Positions 41,685 to 50,993 of a DNA stretch of 50,993 bases are shown in pieces (position 1 is the first letter of the stretch; every line of letters begins with the position of its first letter). The DNA comes from Minisyncoccota bacterium (GTDB lineage Bacteria > Patescibacteriota > Minisyncoccia > Phycocordibacterales > UBA918), in assembly GCA_017992505.1 (NCBI GenBank), contig JAGOON010000002.1, forward strand, positions 1 through 50,993, read 5' to 3'. Made by a program: the position numbers and the translations under genes. The notes beneath the pieces were generated by a model that was given only the letters and a program-made list of their open reading frames with translations, was not told where the DNA came from and did not search any database.

Positions 41685-43208
41685 TTACGTGATTACGGTG
41701 TCGTACGGCTTAAGATAGTCGCCAGGAGCAATTTCGGCACGCGTTTCAACCTGCATTCCGAATTCACCCTCTTCAACTTGTTGTACGTCCGATTTGTATT
41801 GTTGAAGATTTTTAACAACACCAGTCCCTATTTCAATGTCGCGACGGAGGATGTGTACACGTTGGTTGAGTTTTATGACACCTTCCTCAATACGTCCACC
41901 AAGTACATGAGTGTACTTCTGGGTGCTGAAGTGCTTGAGAATCTTTGCGCTTCCCGTCTCAACCTTCTCTTCTTTCTTGGGAGTGCGATTTTTAAGGGCT
42001 GTATTGAGCCAATCTGAAAGTTCATAAATGATGTCAAAGGTGTCAATTTCAACATTGAGGCGTTCAGCCAATTCCTTTGCTGCTCGTTCGACCTTTACAT
42101 TAAAACCAACAATAATTGCGTCGCTGGTAGCGCTGACATTTTGTACATCGTTTGAGGTGATATCGCCGACTGTAGCATCAATGACTTTCACGCTAATACG
42201 GTCTGATTCAAATTTGCTGAGCTCATGTTGAATCGCTTCGAGTGTTCCGTAGACGTCAGCTTTTATAAGAATGGGTACCATCGGAAGAGCCGAACGTTTA
42301 GCAATAGTGTTTGGAACAACTGTCTCGTTTTTCTTTTCGAGAATCGCAGCTTCTGCCTCTTTTTTAGTCGCCACAGTGTAGAAGCTCATACCGACTTCGG
42401 GAATATCATTGAAGCCAACAATCTGAACTGGTGTTGAAAGACTGGCAGTCTTCACTGGCTTACCAAGAAAATCTTCCATGATACGTACTGGTGAGAAGGT
42501 AGTACCAGCAACTACAAACTGACCGCTCTCCAAGGTGCCATTGTTGATGAGGAGGGTGGCGGTGTTGCCACGCTTTGTGTCGATGTTGCTCTCAATAATT
42601 TTTCCAGTTGCTGGAGCATTTGTGTCGCCTGTGTGTTCAGAAAGGTCGGCGGTCAAAATAACGAGGTCGAGGAGATCTGAGACACCTGTACCTGCTTTTG
42701 CAGAAATCGGTGCCCATGGGATGTCACCGCCCATTCCTTCGATATATATCTCGTTTTCGATAAGGCTAGCTTGGGTACGGTTTATGTCTGCACCGGGCTT
42801 GTCGATTTTGTTGATGGCGACAACAAATGGAATGTTTGCTTGTTTGATTGAAGCGAGGGCTTCAAGTGTTTGTGGCTTAACCCCATCTTCAGCCGAAACA
42901 ATGAGAATTGCCACGTCAGCCACATCTGCACCACGAAGGCGCATCTTTTGGAATGCCTCGTGTCCAGGAGTATCAAGAAAAGTGATGGTTTCATCAGCAC
43001 CATCCTTGGTTTTGTGCTTCACAACATACGCCGAGAGATGTTGTGTGATGCCACCAGCTTCTTTATCTACAACGTTACTCTTACGAATATAGTCAAGAAG
43101 GGTGGACTTTCCGTGGTCGATATGACCCATAATAACCACGACAGGGGGTCGCTTGATGATGTTGGGTGTTTTGGCTCTCTTGGACATAATAAATGGCTGA
43201 TACGTCAT
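41685..43208 (-). CDS. infB: Translation initiation factor IF-2 (short form lacking the long N-terminal region)
   Basis: 507 aa. G-domain motifs (GHIDHGKST, DTPGH, NKID) and IF-2 domains C1/C2. Confidence 0.95.
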   Translation of the reverse strand: MTYQPFIMSKRAKTPNIIKRPPVVVIMGHIDHGKSTLLDYIRKSNVVDKEAGGITQHLSAYVVKHKTKDGADETITFLDTPGHEAFQKMRLRGADVADVAILIVSAEDGVKPQTLEALASIKQANIPFVVAINKIDKPGADINRTQASLIENEIYIEGMGGDIPWAPISAKAGTGVSDLLDLVILTADLSEHTGDTNAPATGKIIESNIDTKRGNTATLLINNGTLESGQFVVAGTTFSPVRIMEDFLGKPVKTASLSTPVQIVGFNDIPEVGMSFYTVATKKEAEAAILEKKNETVVPNTIAKRSALPMVPILIKADVYGTLEAIQHELSKFESDRISVKVIDATVGDITSNDVQNVSATSDAIIVGFNVKVERAAKELAERLNVEIDTFDIIYELSDWLNTALKNRTPKKEEKVETGSAKILKHFSTQKYTHVLGGRIEEGVIKLNQRVHILRRDIEIGTGVVKNLQQYKSDVQQVEEGEFGMQVETRAEIAPGDYLKPYDTVIT

Positions 43209-43296
43209 AAAGCGCCTAATGAGGCGCTACTAATAATTGTTGTGTGGCAGTATAGCAGAGATTTACAGAATTAACACCTCATGTCATGATTTTGGC

Positions 43297-44493
43297 ATGT
43301 TTAAGAAAACTCGTGTTTATCTGGATCATGCCGCCGCGACCCCGCTGGGAAAAGCGGTATTTTTGGCGATGAAACCGTATTTGACCGAAGTGTATGGAAA
43401 CGCGAGCGCAATTCACACCGAAGGGCTGGTTGCGAGACAGGCAGTTGATACTGCTCGCGCGCGAGTAGCAAGTACACTCCAAGTTAGACCTGAATGTGTG
43501 ACCTTTACAAGTGGTGGAACTGAATCAAATAACATTGCGCTCATTGGTGTGATAGAGCATCTTCTTTCCCGAGGTCGGTCCTTGGGTGAGATGGAGGTGG
43601 TGACGACGCGCATTGAACATCCTTCGGTGATGGAAACGATGAGAGTACTTGAAGCGCGAGGTGTTGTGGTGCGATACGTCGGGGTAACAGAAGAAGGACT
43701 AGTGAAGCTCGATGAATTGCAAACACTACTTTCAGAAAAAACAGTATTGTTTTCAGTTGCATACGCAAACAGTGAGATTGGCGTTGTGCAAAAGGTACGA
43801 GCAATAAAAAAAGTATTAGATACAGCAGAAAAGAAATTTAAAACAAAAATATTTTTTCATGTTGATGCAGCACAGGCCCCGCTTTGGCTTTCCTGTCAGA
43901 TGGAAACGGTGCATGCTGATTTGCTCGCGCTTGATGTGGGGAAGTGTAATGGACCTAAGGGTGTGGGGATTTTGGTGCAGAGTCGTCGGGTACAAGTTCG
44001 ACCAGTTCTCTTTGGAGGCGGACAGGAGAGCGGTCTTCGTCCAGGAACAGAAAATGTTGCTGGTATGGTGGGGGCAAGTGTAGCACTTGAACTCGCACAG
44101 AAGGATTTTAAAAGACGAGCAGAAAAAGTGTCCGGGGTGCGTGACGCGGGTATTGCACACATGCTTAAAGAAATTCCACAGGCTGTACTCAATGGAGTAT
44201 CTGGCGAAGATCGACTTGCCAATAATATTAATATTTCGATTCCGGGACTTGATACAGAATTCGCTACTGTAGTCCTTGATAAACATGGCTTTGCGGTCAG
44301 TACGAAGTCAGCCTGCGCAGGGGCTGGCGGGGCAGAGAGTGCGGTGGTGAAAGAAATCTCAGGTGACTCAGCTCGCTCCCGCGCCACGCTGCGCATCTCA
44401 CTTTCTCCAGAAACTAAACTAACCGACATAAAGGCACTCACAATTATTTTAAAGGCGCATATCGAGAAAATGTCCTCTTTGACTAATCTTTAG
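43297..44493 (+). CDS. Cysteine desulfurase (class V aminotransferase, NifS/IscS-like)
   Basis: 398 aa from the ATG at 43297. Motifs YLDHAAATP, a PLP-Lys region (...ALDVGKCNGPKGVG) and an active-site Cys loop (STKSACAG). Confidence 0.88.
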   Translation: MFKKTRVYLDHAAATPLGKAVFLAMKPYLTEVYGNASAIHTEGLVARQAVDTARARVASTLQVRPECVTFTSGGTESNNIALIGVIEHLLSRGRSLGEMEVVTTRIEHPSVMETMRVLEARGVVVRYVGVTEEGLVKLDELQTLLSEKTVLFSVAYANSEIGVVQKVRAIKKVLDTAEKKFKTKIFFHVDAAQAPLWLSCQMETVHADLLALDVGKCNGPKGVGILVQSRRVQVRPVLFGGGQESGLRPGTENVAGMVGASVALELAQKDFKRRAEKVSGVRDAGIAHMLKEIPQAVLNGVSGEDRLANNINISIPGLDTEFATVVLDKHGFAVSTKSACAGAGGAESAVVKEISGDSARSRATLRISLSPETKLTDIKALTIILKAHIEKMSSLTNL

Positions 44494-44602
44494 TTTCATT
44501 GCAATATAGGATTATTCGTTGCGTACTATGAATGAACGGCTGATTTATACCGTCTCTGGTTGCCTGACTGAACTGACTTACGTGACATAATTAACTTGAA
44601 CT

Positions 44603-47323
44603 ATGCCTAATTTTCACAATTTTACATCAAAGGCCAAAGAAGGGATTCGGAAGGCACATGAGCTCGCTATTGAGCGAGGACAAAACCATGTTGGTACAGG
44701 ACATCTTTTAACTGCACTCGCGATGCAAGACGAGAGTGTGGTGATTGCGATTCTCGACCGTCTTGATATTGATATCATTGCGTTTACTGATCTCCTCCTT
44801 GAGTCGCTCGAGACGCCTGAAGTTCAGAACACCATCTCACAGTCGTACCAGCTATACCTCACTCCTGAGCTCGCAAAGGCACTTGAGTATTCTGCGGTGT
44901 ATGCGGAAGAACTCGGGGATTCATATGTGGGTGTCGAGCACCTTTTTGTTGCACTGCTTGAACATCCAGGAGCAGCCATTGATCTTTTGCAACGAAGCGG
45001 TCTTCAGAAAGATCGAGTGCGTTCGACGATTAAGGAACTTCGTGACAATAATATTAGCGACGCACAATCACCAAAAAAGTTCCGTACACTTTCGAAGTAC
45101 ACTCGCAATCTCACCAAACTCGCTCAAGAAAATAAGATTGACCCAGTGATTGGTCGTGACTCGGAAATTCAACGAGTGATTCAGATTCTTTCTCGTCGTA
45201 CAAAAAATAATCCTGTCCTCATTGGAGAAGCGGGGGTCGGGAAGACAGCAATTGCTGAAGGGCTTGCACAACAAATCGTGCTTGGACAAGTACCTGTCTC
45301 AATTAAGGATAAGGAGATTCTCTCGCTTGACCTCGGCCTCTTGGTGGCGGGGACAAAGTTTCGAGGAGAATTCGAGGAGCGTCTAAAAGCAGTTATGAAA
45401 GAAGTCGAAAATGCTTCAGGTCGGATTATTCTTTTTATTGATGAACTTCACACTATTGTTGGTGCAGGACAAGCGGACGGTTCGATGGATGCTTCAAACA
45501 TGCTGAAACCAGCGCTTGCTCGTGGTGAAATCCGCGTGATCGGAGCGACGACGCTCAAGGAATACCAAAAGCATATTGAACGTGATCCAGCGCTTACCCG
45601 TCGTTTTCAGCCTGTGTATGTAAACGAACCATCACCTGAAGACACCGTCGCGATTCTCCGAGGTTTGGCCGAAAAGTATGAACTTTTTCATGGGGTACGT
45701 ATTACTGACGATGCAATTCTTGCTGCAGTAAATCTATCGTCGCGCTATATCACCGACCGCTTCTTACCTGACAAAGCAGTTGATCTTATTGATGAGGCTG
45801 CATCAGCACTTCGCATCTCACTTGAGAACAAGCCCGAAGAATTGGTGATCGCTGACCGTGCGGTTCGTCGTCTTGAGATCGAGCGAGAAGCACTCCGAAA
45901 GGAACTGGAAATCACCTCCAATGCAAAGAAGATTAAAGATCGTACCAAGGAAATTGAAAGAGAAATTGGTGAGCTCCGTGAGAAGACTGCAGTACTCGAA
46001 ACCAGGTGGAGTAACGAACGAGAGGCACTTGATGCAATTGGGGAACTAAAGAAAGAACTTGAAGAACTTCGAAACGAAGCCGAAGCGGCTGAAGCAACAG
46101 CTGATTTGATTCGTGCAGCAGAGATTCGCTACGACTCTATTCCCTCTGCTGAAAAAGAACTTAATGAACAACAAAAGAGACTCAAAAAAATTCAGCGTAC
46201 GAGCCGTCTCCTTAAAGAAGAAGTCTCTGAAGAGGATATTGCGATGGTGGTATCTCGATGGACTGGTATTCCAGTGTCGCGAATGCTTGAAGCAGAAGTC
46301 CAAAAACTTGCTCGTATGGAAGAAGTGTTAAAGGAGAAAGTAGTCGGTCAAGATCATGCTGTCAAACTCGTCTCGGATGCGATTAAACGTTCACGAGCTG
46401 GTATTGCTGATCCAAATCGTCCAATTGGCTCATTCCTTTTCCTCGGTCCTACTGGTGTTGGTAAGACAGAGCTTTCGCGCGCGGTCGCTGAATTTATGTT
46501 TAGTGACCCAGAGGCACTCATTCGTATCGATATGTCTGAGTTTATGGAAAAGCACTCGGTTTCGAAAATTATTGGTTCTCCACCTGGGTATGTTGGTCAT
46601 GATGAGGGTGGTGGACTGACAGAAAAGATTCGTCGTCGCCCGTATGCGGTAATCCTTCTTGATGAGGTTGAAAAAGCCCATCCAGACGTGTTCAATGTCC
46701 TTTTGCAGGTACTCGACAGTGGACACCTCACCGACGCGAAAGGTCGCAAGGTGAACTTCAAAAATACCGTTATCATCATGACTTCAAATATCGGTTCCGA
46801 ACACATCGACCGTATGTCAAACTTCGGTTTCAGTGAAGATCATGGAGAAGGTGCGCAATATGCTCAAGCTAAGGACAAGGTAATGGATAGTCTCAAGCAT
46901 TTCTTCCGCCCAGAATTTCTCAACCGACTTGATGAAACTATTGTCTTTGACCTCCTTACTCCTGAGGTGATTGCTGACATCGTCGAAATTCAAATGGCAG
47001 AAGTCATTAAGCGACTTGCCAAGAAAGATATCAAACTTTCAGTTACTGAGGATGTAATGAAATATCTTGCGAAAGAAGGGTATGATCCAAAATTTGGTGC
47101 ACGACCGCTTCGTCGAGTGATTCAGAGCAAGATCCTCACCCCAGTTGCTAATATGATGGTGGGTGAAGGAATGCTCCAAGGTGGTACCGTAAAAGTCTCA
47201 ATGAAGAAAGATGTACTTGATTTTGAGATTAAGAAAGCTGCGAAACACAAATCAGTTGTAGATGTACAAAAGAAGGTGGGGAAGAAGTTAATTAAGAAGG
47301 AAAAAGAATCTGTAGCGGTGTAG
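44603..47323 (+). CDS. clpB: ATP-dependent chaperone ClpB
   Basis: 906 aa. Clp N-domain repeats, two AAA+ modules (GEAGVGKT and GPTGVGKT) and a long middle coiled-coil domain. Confidence 0.97.
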   Translation: MPNFHNFTSKAKEGIRKAHELAIERGQNHVGTGHLLTALAMQDESVVIAILDRLDIDIIAFTDLLLESLETPEVQNTISQSYQLYLTPELAKALEYSAVYAEELGDSYVGVEHLFVALLEHPGAAIDLLQRSGLQKDRVRSTIKELRDNNISDAQSPKKFRTLSKYTRNLTKLAQENKIDPVIGRDSEIQRVIQILSRRTKNNPVLIGEAGVGKTAIAEGLAQQIVLGQVPVSIKDKEILSLDLGLLVAGTKFRGEFEERLKAVMKEVENASGRIILFIDELHTIVGAGQADGSMDASNMLKPALARGEIRVIGATTLKEYQKHIERDPALTRRFQPVYVNEPSPEDTVAILRGLAEKYELFHGVRITDDAILAAVNLSSRYITDRFLPDKAVDLIDEAASALRISLENKPEELVIADRAVRRLEIEREALRKELEITSNAKKIKDRTKEIEREIGELREKTAVLETRWSNEREALDAIGELKKELEELRNEAEAAEATADLIRAAEIRYDSIPSAEKELNEQQKRLKKIQRTSRLLKEEVSEEDIAMVVSRWTGIPVSRMLEAEVQKLARMEEVLKEKVVGQDHAVKLVSDAIKRSRAGIADPNRPIGSFLFLGPTGVGKTELSRAVAEFMFSDPEALIRIDMSEFMEKHSVSKIIGSPPGYVGHDEGGGLTEKIRRRPYAVILLDEVEKAHPDVFNVLLQVLDSGHLTDAKGRKVNFKNTVIIMTSNIGSEHIDRMSNFGFSEDHGEGAQYAQAKDKVMDSLKHFFRPEFLNRLDETIVFDLLTPEVIADIVEIQMAEVIKRLAKKDIKLSVTEDVMKYLAKEGYDPKFGARPLRRVIQSKILTPVANMMVGEGMLQGGTVKVSMKKDVLDFEIKKAAKHKSVVDVQKKVGKKLIKKEKESVAV

Positions 47324-47325
47324 AA

Positions 47326-47357
47326 AAAGGGCCCAAGATTATATCTTTGGGCCCTTT
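47326..47357. terminator. Bidirectional intrinsic terminator
   Basis: aaagggcccaaga-ttatat-ctttgggcccttt. Confidence 0.85.
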
Positions 47358-47359
47358 GC

Positions 47360-47728
47360 TTATTTTTCTTCACGGGATAATTCAGAATCGCGTTGCATGT
47401 AATGAATGATCAGACTGCTTCCTGGCAGGGTATATTTTTTCAATTCACGAAGCTCCTCTCTGGTTTTTGCTCCTTCGATTCGGGGCCGAATGAGTATGAG
47501 AAGGCGATCGTTTATGATGTTAATTTCTTCTGAAAATGATTTCTTTCCTGTTGAAAGTGCTAGCACCTCATCGGGATTTTCGAGTGAATTAACATTTGTG
47601 CGAAAAGTAGAAATTTCTTGCTCACGAGCAATGTTCACTTTTGTTGCTTGTGGGTCCTCAGGTTGTGGTGATTTTTCACACGCGCTCAAGGCGAGTGTTG
47701 TCGCTACCAAAAGTACCATTCTTGCCAT
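47360..47728 (-). CDS. Putative lipoprotein (122 aa)
   Basis: Signal peptide with a lipobox (LALSAC). Confidence 0.6.
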   Translation of the reverse strand: MARMVLLVATTLALSACEKSPQPEDPQATKVNIAREQEISTFRTNVNSLENPDEVLALSTGKKSFSEEINIINDRLLILIRPRIEGAKTREELRELKKYTLPGSSLIIHYMQRDSELSREEK

Positions 47729-47781
47729 AAAGGCCTCCTTTCCAACGGTAAGAGTAATATAGGTGGAGGAAAAAGAAAAGC

Positions 47782-48825
47782 CTACTCATTAGTAGCAAAA
47801 ATTTCTTTTGCCAGATTCCATATTTCGGGCTTATTGTGGACAGTATTCATCCAGTACCACCACTCCACACCCCAAAAATAGTAGGTACCAAGTCCAGCTT
47901 CTTTGGCAAATAGCACGTTTTCTTTAAACAGATCAGGGTTCATTGATTGCTCTTGGATTTCAAGTTTCGACTCTCTAAGTGGTTTGGCCGTCCAGGGTTC
48001 AGCTTGAAGTTCGATACTGATTACAGGTTTCTTATAGACCTGCTTTATGTAGCTAGCTTTGGCGTAATAGAATTGTGGTGCAAGGAAGCTGTATGGGTTA
48101 ACGCCGAAGGTCTCCTCTGCACCATTCCAAGTACTGCGGTACATCGTGACACCAACTATATCAGCGTGTTCAGCAGCTGTTGTCCAGTCAGAGAGTTCGC
48201 CTGATTCTGAAATAATAATTTTCCTTGATGGGTCAAGCTGTTTTACGAGATTAACTTCGGCCTTGATGAGCGAAGTGTTTAGTTCATAATACCAGTCGGG
48301 GCAGTCACCAAATTCTAAAAACGGTTCATTTTCGATTTGCCAATACTCAACCGCCTTGGAGTGCTTGTAGCGGTTTGTTACTGTGCGAACGTATTCTAAA
48401 ATTTCTGCTTGTCGCTCCGTCTCTTCTATATCAAAGACCCAGGGGGGAGTGTGACATTCTGGCCAGCGTCCTGTCTTCATTCCAATGACAAGAATTAACT
48501 TCACATCGTTCGCCTCCGCCTCTTTTACTTGATAATCAAGGGAAGAGAAATTATAAGTGTTATTTTCAGGCTCAACTGCATTCCAATTAGTGTGGATTTT
48601 TATGTGCTTTACACCAAGATCGTGGATGGTGGCAAAATAGGTTTCTTTCGCATCAAGTCCTAGGTATTCCGCTTGGCTCTCTGAAAAGTTAACACCCCAG
48701 GTCATCTCCTCGCTATCAGCCTTGGATATATGAATCCATAAAAAGAGAGGGACTATAATTAGTGCACCACCAAAAAGTGCCCACAAGGCACTTTTTAGGA
48801 ATCTGGCTCGAAATGCAATAAACAT
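47782..48825 (-). CDS. Membrane-anchored glycoside hydrolase-like TIM-barrel protein (clan GH-A / GH5-like)
   Basis: 347 aa. N-terminal TM helix, a WQIENEP motif (candidate acid/base Glu) and a later ...SIELQAEPW (candidate nucleophile). Confidence 0.45.
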   Translation of the reverse strand: MFIAFRARFLKSALWALFGGALIIVPLFLWIHISKADSEEMTWGVNFSESQAEYLGLDAKETYFATIHDLGVKHIKIHTNWNAVEPENNTYNFSSLDYQVKEAEANDVKLILVIGMKTGRWPECHTPPWVFDIEETERQAEILEYVRTVTNRYKHSKAVEYWQIENEPFLEFGDCPDWYYELNTSLIKAEVNLVKQLDPSRKIIISESGELSDWTTAAEHADIVGVTMYRSTWNGAEETFGVNPYSFLAPQFYYAKASYIKQVYKKPVISIELQAEPWTAKPLRESKLEIQEQSMNPDLFKENVLFAKEAGLGTYYFWGVEWWYWMNTVHNKPEIWNLAKEIFATNE

Positions 48826-48883
48826 AGAGGCGACAGTAGAATACAGAAAATATGGAATGAGGCAAGCTTTTCTAAAGATGTGT

Positions 48884-48889
48884 CATAAT
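48884..48889 (+). promoter_or_regulatory. -10-like CATAAT, 6 nt upstream of the ATG at 48896
   Basis: CATAAT-aaatag-ATG. Confidence 0.35.
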
Positions 48890-48895
48890 AAATAG

Positions 48896-49324
48896 ATGGC
48901 AGAACTAAAAACGAAGCTTACAAATAAAAGTGTAAGTGCTTTTATTAAGGAAATTGAATCAAAAGAAAAACAAGATGACGCCAAGGCTCTTCTTAAGATT
49001 TTTAAAGATATAACAGGATTTCCACCTAAATTGTGGGGAGAGAGCATCGTTGGTTTTGGGTTGTATCATTACGAGTCTACGAGAAGTTCACAGAAGGGAG
49101 ATTGGCCATTGACGGGCTTCTCACCAAGAAAGCAAAATCTCACCATCTATATCATGCCAGGATTTAAAGAATATGGAGAAATGCTTAAAAGACTCGGAAA
49201 ACATAAAACCAGTGTTAGTTGTCTATATATTAAAAAGTTGAGTGACATTGATACAAATGTTCTTTCAAATCTAATCAAAACATCAGTAAAAGACATGAAG
49301 AGAATGTATAAAGTCACCCGCTAA
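48896..49324 (+). CDS. DUF1801 (YdhG-like) domain protein
   Basis: 142 aa with a pattern typical of DUF1801 proteins (SVSAFIKEI...DAKALLKIF..ITG..PKLWG.SIVGFG.YHY...L.IY). Confidence 0.65.
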   Translation: MAELKTKLTNKSVSAFIKEIESKEKQDDAKALLKIFKDITGFPPKLWGESIVGFGLYHYESTRSSQKGDWPLTGFSPRKQNLTIYIMPGFKEYGEMLKRLGKHKTSVSCLYIKKLSDIDTNVLSNLIKTSVKDMKRMYKVTR

Positions 49325-49386
49325 CACCCAAACACTTTTTGGTAAAATTTCGTGCACAGAAGTGCTTTTAACGTTGTATTGTTTGT

Positions 49387-49392
49387 TACAAT
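49387..49392 (+). promoter_or_regulatory. -10-like TACAAT, 8 nt upstream of the ATG at 49401
   Basis: TACAAT-aatcataa-ATG. Confidence 0.35.
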
Positions 49393-49400
49393 AATCATAA

Positions 49401-50750
49401 ATGAGAGAATTGCCACAGGATAAATATGGAGGATTTTTGGCTGTGACCAGAGGCACGTTACTGTTCCTCATTGTCGGTACACTTCTCTTCAGTTTGCTTC
49501 TCATTCCGTTTTTTAAGGCAAGGGCGGACATTGTTACTGTTTTTCCAGCGATGCACTCTGTGACAGGATCTCCTGTCGAAGGTTTGGAAAATAGTGTTCA
49601 GTACGAATTGATATGGAATAATTTTAGTAACGCTGTGCCTGTTGATGTTGAAATTCACCATACCTTACTAAAATTATCATGGTCATTTTCAGAAGAGCCC
49701 TTGCAGGTAAATCCTGAAACAGTAACTGAAGTGTTACAGAGTGAGACTTTACCTGAGAATACTCAAGAAAATTTAGAGCAGGATTATCATGAAATACCAA
49801 CTCCTGAACCTGTTGTAGAAGAGACACCTATTGTTCCTGAGGTCATAGATACAACCGAAACGACTGCGCCCGCTGAGATTCAACCAGAGCCTGAAGAAAA
49901 TGTCATCGAAGCAGTATCAATGGGAGAGATATATCCCCTCGCAGTTGCTTCAGTTGATGAAGTGTTGCCACAAGAGCCTATAGCCGTAGAGGCTCTAAGC
50001 GAAACCATGGAAGAAGATATTGTCGAAAGCCAGCTTCCTGAAGAACTTGTAGAAGGTGTGTCTGAAGTAGTCCTTCAGGACGGTAGTTTATTTGAGGTCC
50101 TCTATTCACTTGATGGACAACAATGGGAAAATTTGGGTTTTGGTAATTTTATTACCCCTGGTGAACTAACTTTTCTACTCCAACAATTCTCTCCGGAAGA
50201 AATGGTGAGTTTGCAGATCATGATTCGCTATACACGAAGTCCTGAAGATGCTCGAAAAATCTATTTTGATAATGTTCGACTTGAGTTTGACTATAAAGGG
50301 TTAACTGAAGAAGAGATATTACAGCAAGAAGGTAGCGGTCCCGTTGATCAAGTGCCAAATTTTAGCATTAGTTCAGTAAAGGCTGATGTTGAGACTGGAA
50401 ATATAAGAGCGGTACTACTTGAAAAGGGGGGCATGTTAGAGCTTTGGTACGGTGTTATCAATCCTGGTGCTACGGATGCAACATGGAGTCGATTGGTTAA
50501 TGATGGTTCAATAGATGTCGATTCTCCAATCGGAATAAGTGGAGAAACAATTTTTTGGCTTGATAAAAATCAACAGACACTTTTTGGTTTTGATGTTAAA
50601 CGCAAATCATTGTCGGGCACGTCGTTTGTTTCTGACGAAGAGCGAGATTCATTTTTGCAGTTCCAAAAGAGTAATTCAGTGATGTGGAACGCTCGTTTTG
50701 ACGCCTCGACCAATTCTTTTGAGTTCACAAAAGATTCAAAATCACAATGA
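49401..50750 (+). CDS. Hypothetical membrane-anchored/exported acidic protein (449 aa)
   Basis: N-terminal TM helix, a Pro/Glu/Thr/Val-rich acidic linker (PEPVVEETPIVPEVIDTTETTAPAEIQPEPEE), then a beta-rich C-terminal region. Confidence 0.6.
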   Translation: MRELPQDKYGGFLAVTRGTLLFLIVGTLLFSLLLIPFFKARADIVTVFPAMHSVTGSPVEGLENSVQYELIWNNFSNAVPVDVEIHHTLLKLSWSFSEEPLQVNPETVTEVLQSETLPENTQENLEQDYHEIPTPEPVVEETPIVPEVIDTTETTAPAEIQPEPEENVIEAVSMGEIYPLAVASVDEVLPQEPIAVEALSETMEEDIVESQLPEELVEGVSEVVLQDGSLFEVLYSLDGQQWENLGFGNFITPGELTFLLQQFSPEEMVSLQIMIRYTRSPEDARKIYFDNVRLEFDYKGLTEEEILQQEGSGPVDQVPNFSISSVKADVETGNIRAVLLEKGGMLELWYGVINPGATDATWSRLVNDGSIDVDSPIGISGETIFWLDKNQQTLFGFDVKRKSLSGTSFVSDEERDSFLQFQKSNSVMWNARFDASTNSFEFTKDSKSQ

Positions 50751-50993
50751 AACACTTGACATACTTACTCAATAAACACTTCATTTTCCTCGGTCTGGGA
50801 GTATTTTTTGTGGTATATCTGGGATTGTATTTTTTGTACCCTACCATTTTGGGAGGATTGGGAAAGAGTGTTGTCGGTGAATTAGTTGAAACAAAAAAGG
50901 CTTTAGCGCATTACCAATTCAACCCCACCGCAGGCACCCTCATCACTGGCTCTGAAACTACCGTCACCTCAGCCGCCATTACCTCTACTGAAG
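50747..50993 (+). CDS. Hypothetical membrane protein, N-terminal part (continues beyond the window)
   Basis: The ATG overlaps the stop of the previous gene (ATGA). MKHLTYLLNKHFIFLGLGVFFVVYLGLYFLYPTIL... remains open to the window end. Confidence 0.4.
   Translation, partial: MKHLTYLLNKHFIFLGLGVFFVVYLGLYFLYPTILGGLGKSVVGELVETKKALAHYQFNPTAGTLITGSETTVTSAAITSTE

Noticed and set aside
42535-44441. Antisense ORFs inside infB (42535-43092) and the cysteine desulfurase gene (43896-44441)
   Set aside because: The reasoning is the same as for the other antisense ORFs: they are embedded in well-supported genes on the opposite strand.
44564-44578. Direct repeat CTGACT-N3-CTGACT upstream of clpB as a CtsR-like operator
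   Set aside because: The spacing (9 bp start to start) and the sequence do not fit the CtsR heptad consensus. One copy is more simply the -35 element for the CATAAT at 44586.
1-50993. CRISPR arrays, transposases or integrases, rRNA genes, and an alternative genetic code (UGA recoding)
   Set aside because: I found no short regularly spaced repeats. No ORF has recombinase or transposase motifs. Conserved genes are intact under the standard code and several, including glmS, end in TGA, so code 4/25 is not supported.

Overview
The window is a gene-dense, about 45% GC bacterial chromosome segment. It is dominated by housekeeping genes: murJ (partial), lepA, valS, tsaD, glmS, trxB, ftsZ-ftsA, ybeY, rpsU, lepB, pth, rpsA, gyrA, rbfA-infB, a cysteine desulfurase and clpB. 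There are also eight tRNA genes, none of which encodes CCA. Several features suggest a Patescibacteria/CPR-type reduced genome, though this is inference only: shortened core proteins (IF-2 of 507 aa, ValRS without a C-terminal extension), a tandem array of TrbC/VirB2-like small pilin paralogs, and many orphan small proteins. The standard genetic code fits, and I found no CRISPR array, transposase, integrase or rRNA. The most unusual signals are non-coding. (1) Four minus-strand tRNA genes (Val, Glu, Lys, Leu-UAA) are followed by composite trailers. In these, the terminator hairpin is extended by a stem that includes the tRNA's own 3' end. A conserved 22-nt hairpin recurs five times. For Glu and Leu-UAA the trailer also carries an inverted copy of the tRNA's own T-arm. 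(2) A roughly 220-bp copy of the tRNA-Glu trailer is duplicated 1.76 kb away, bracketing a 1.5-kb insert of orphan ORFs. (3) An 870-bp ORF-free, GC-rich, hairpin-dense gap upstream of rpsA contains a promoter-to-terminator unit of about 400 nt that I could not assign to a known RNA family. (4) At least a dozen genes have a -10-like hexamer 6-9 nt upstream of the ATG and no Shine-Dalgarno sequence, suggesting leaderless mRNAs. Coordinates of non-ORF features were counted by hand and may be off by 1-2 nt. No database searches or folding computations were run.
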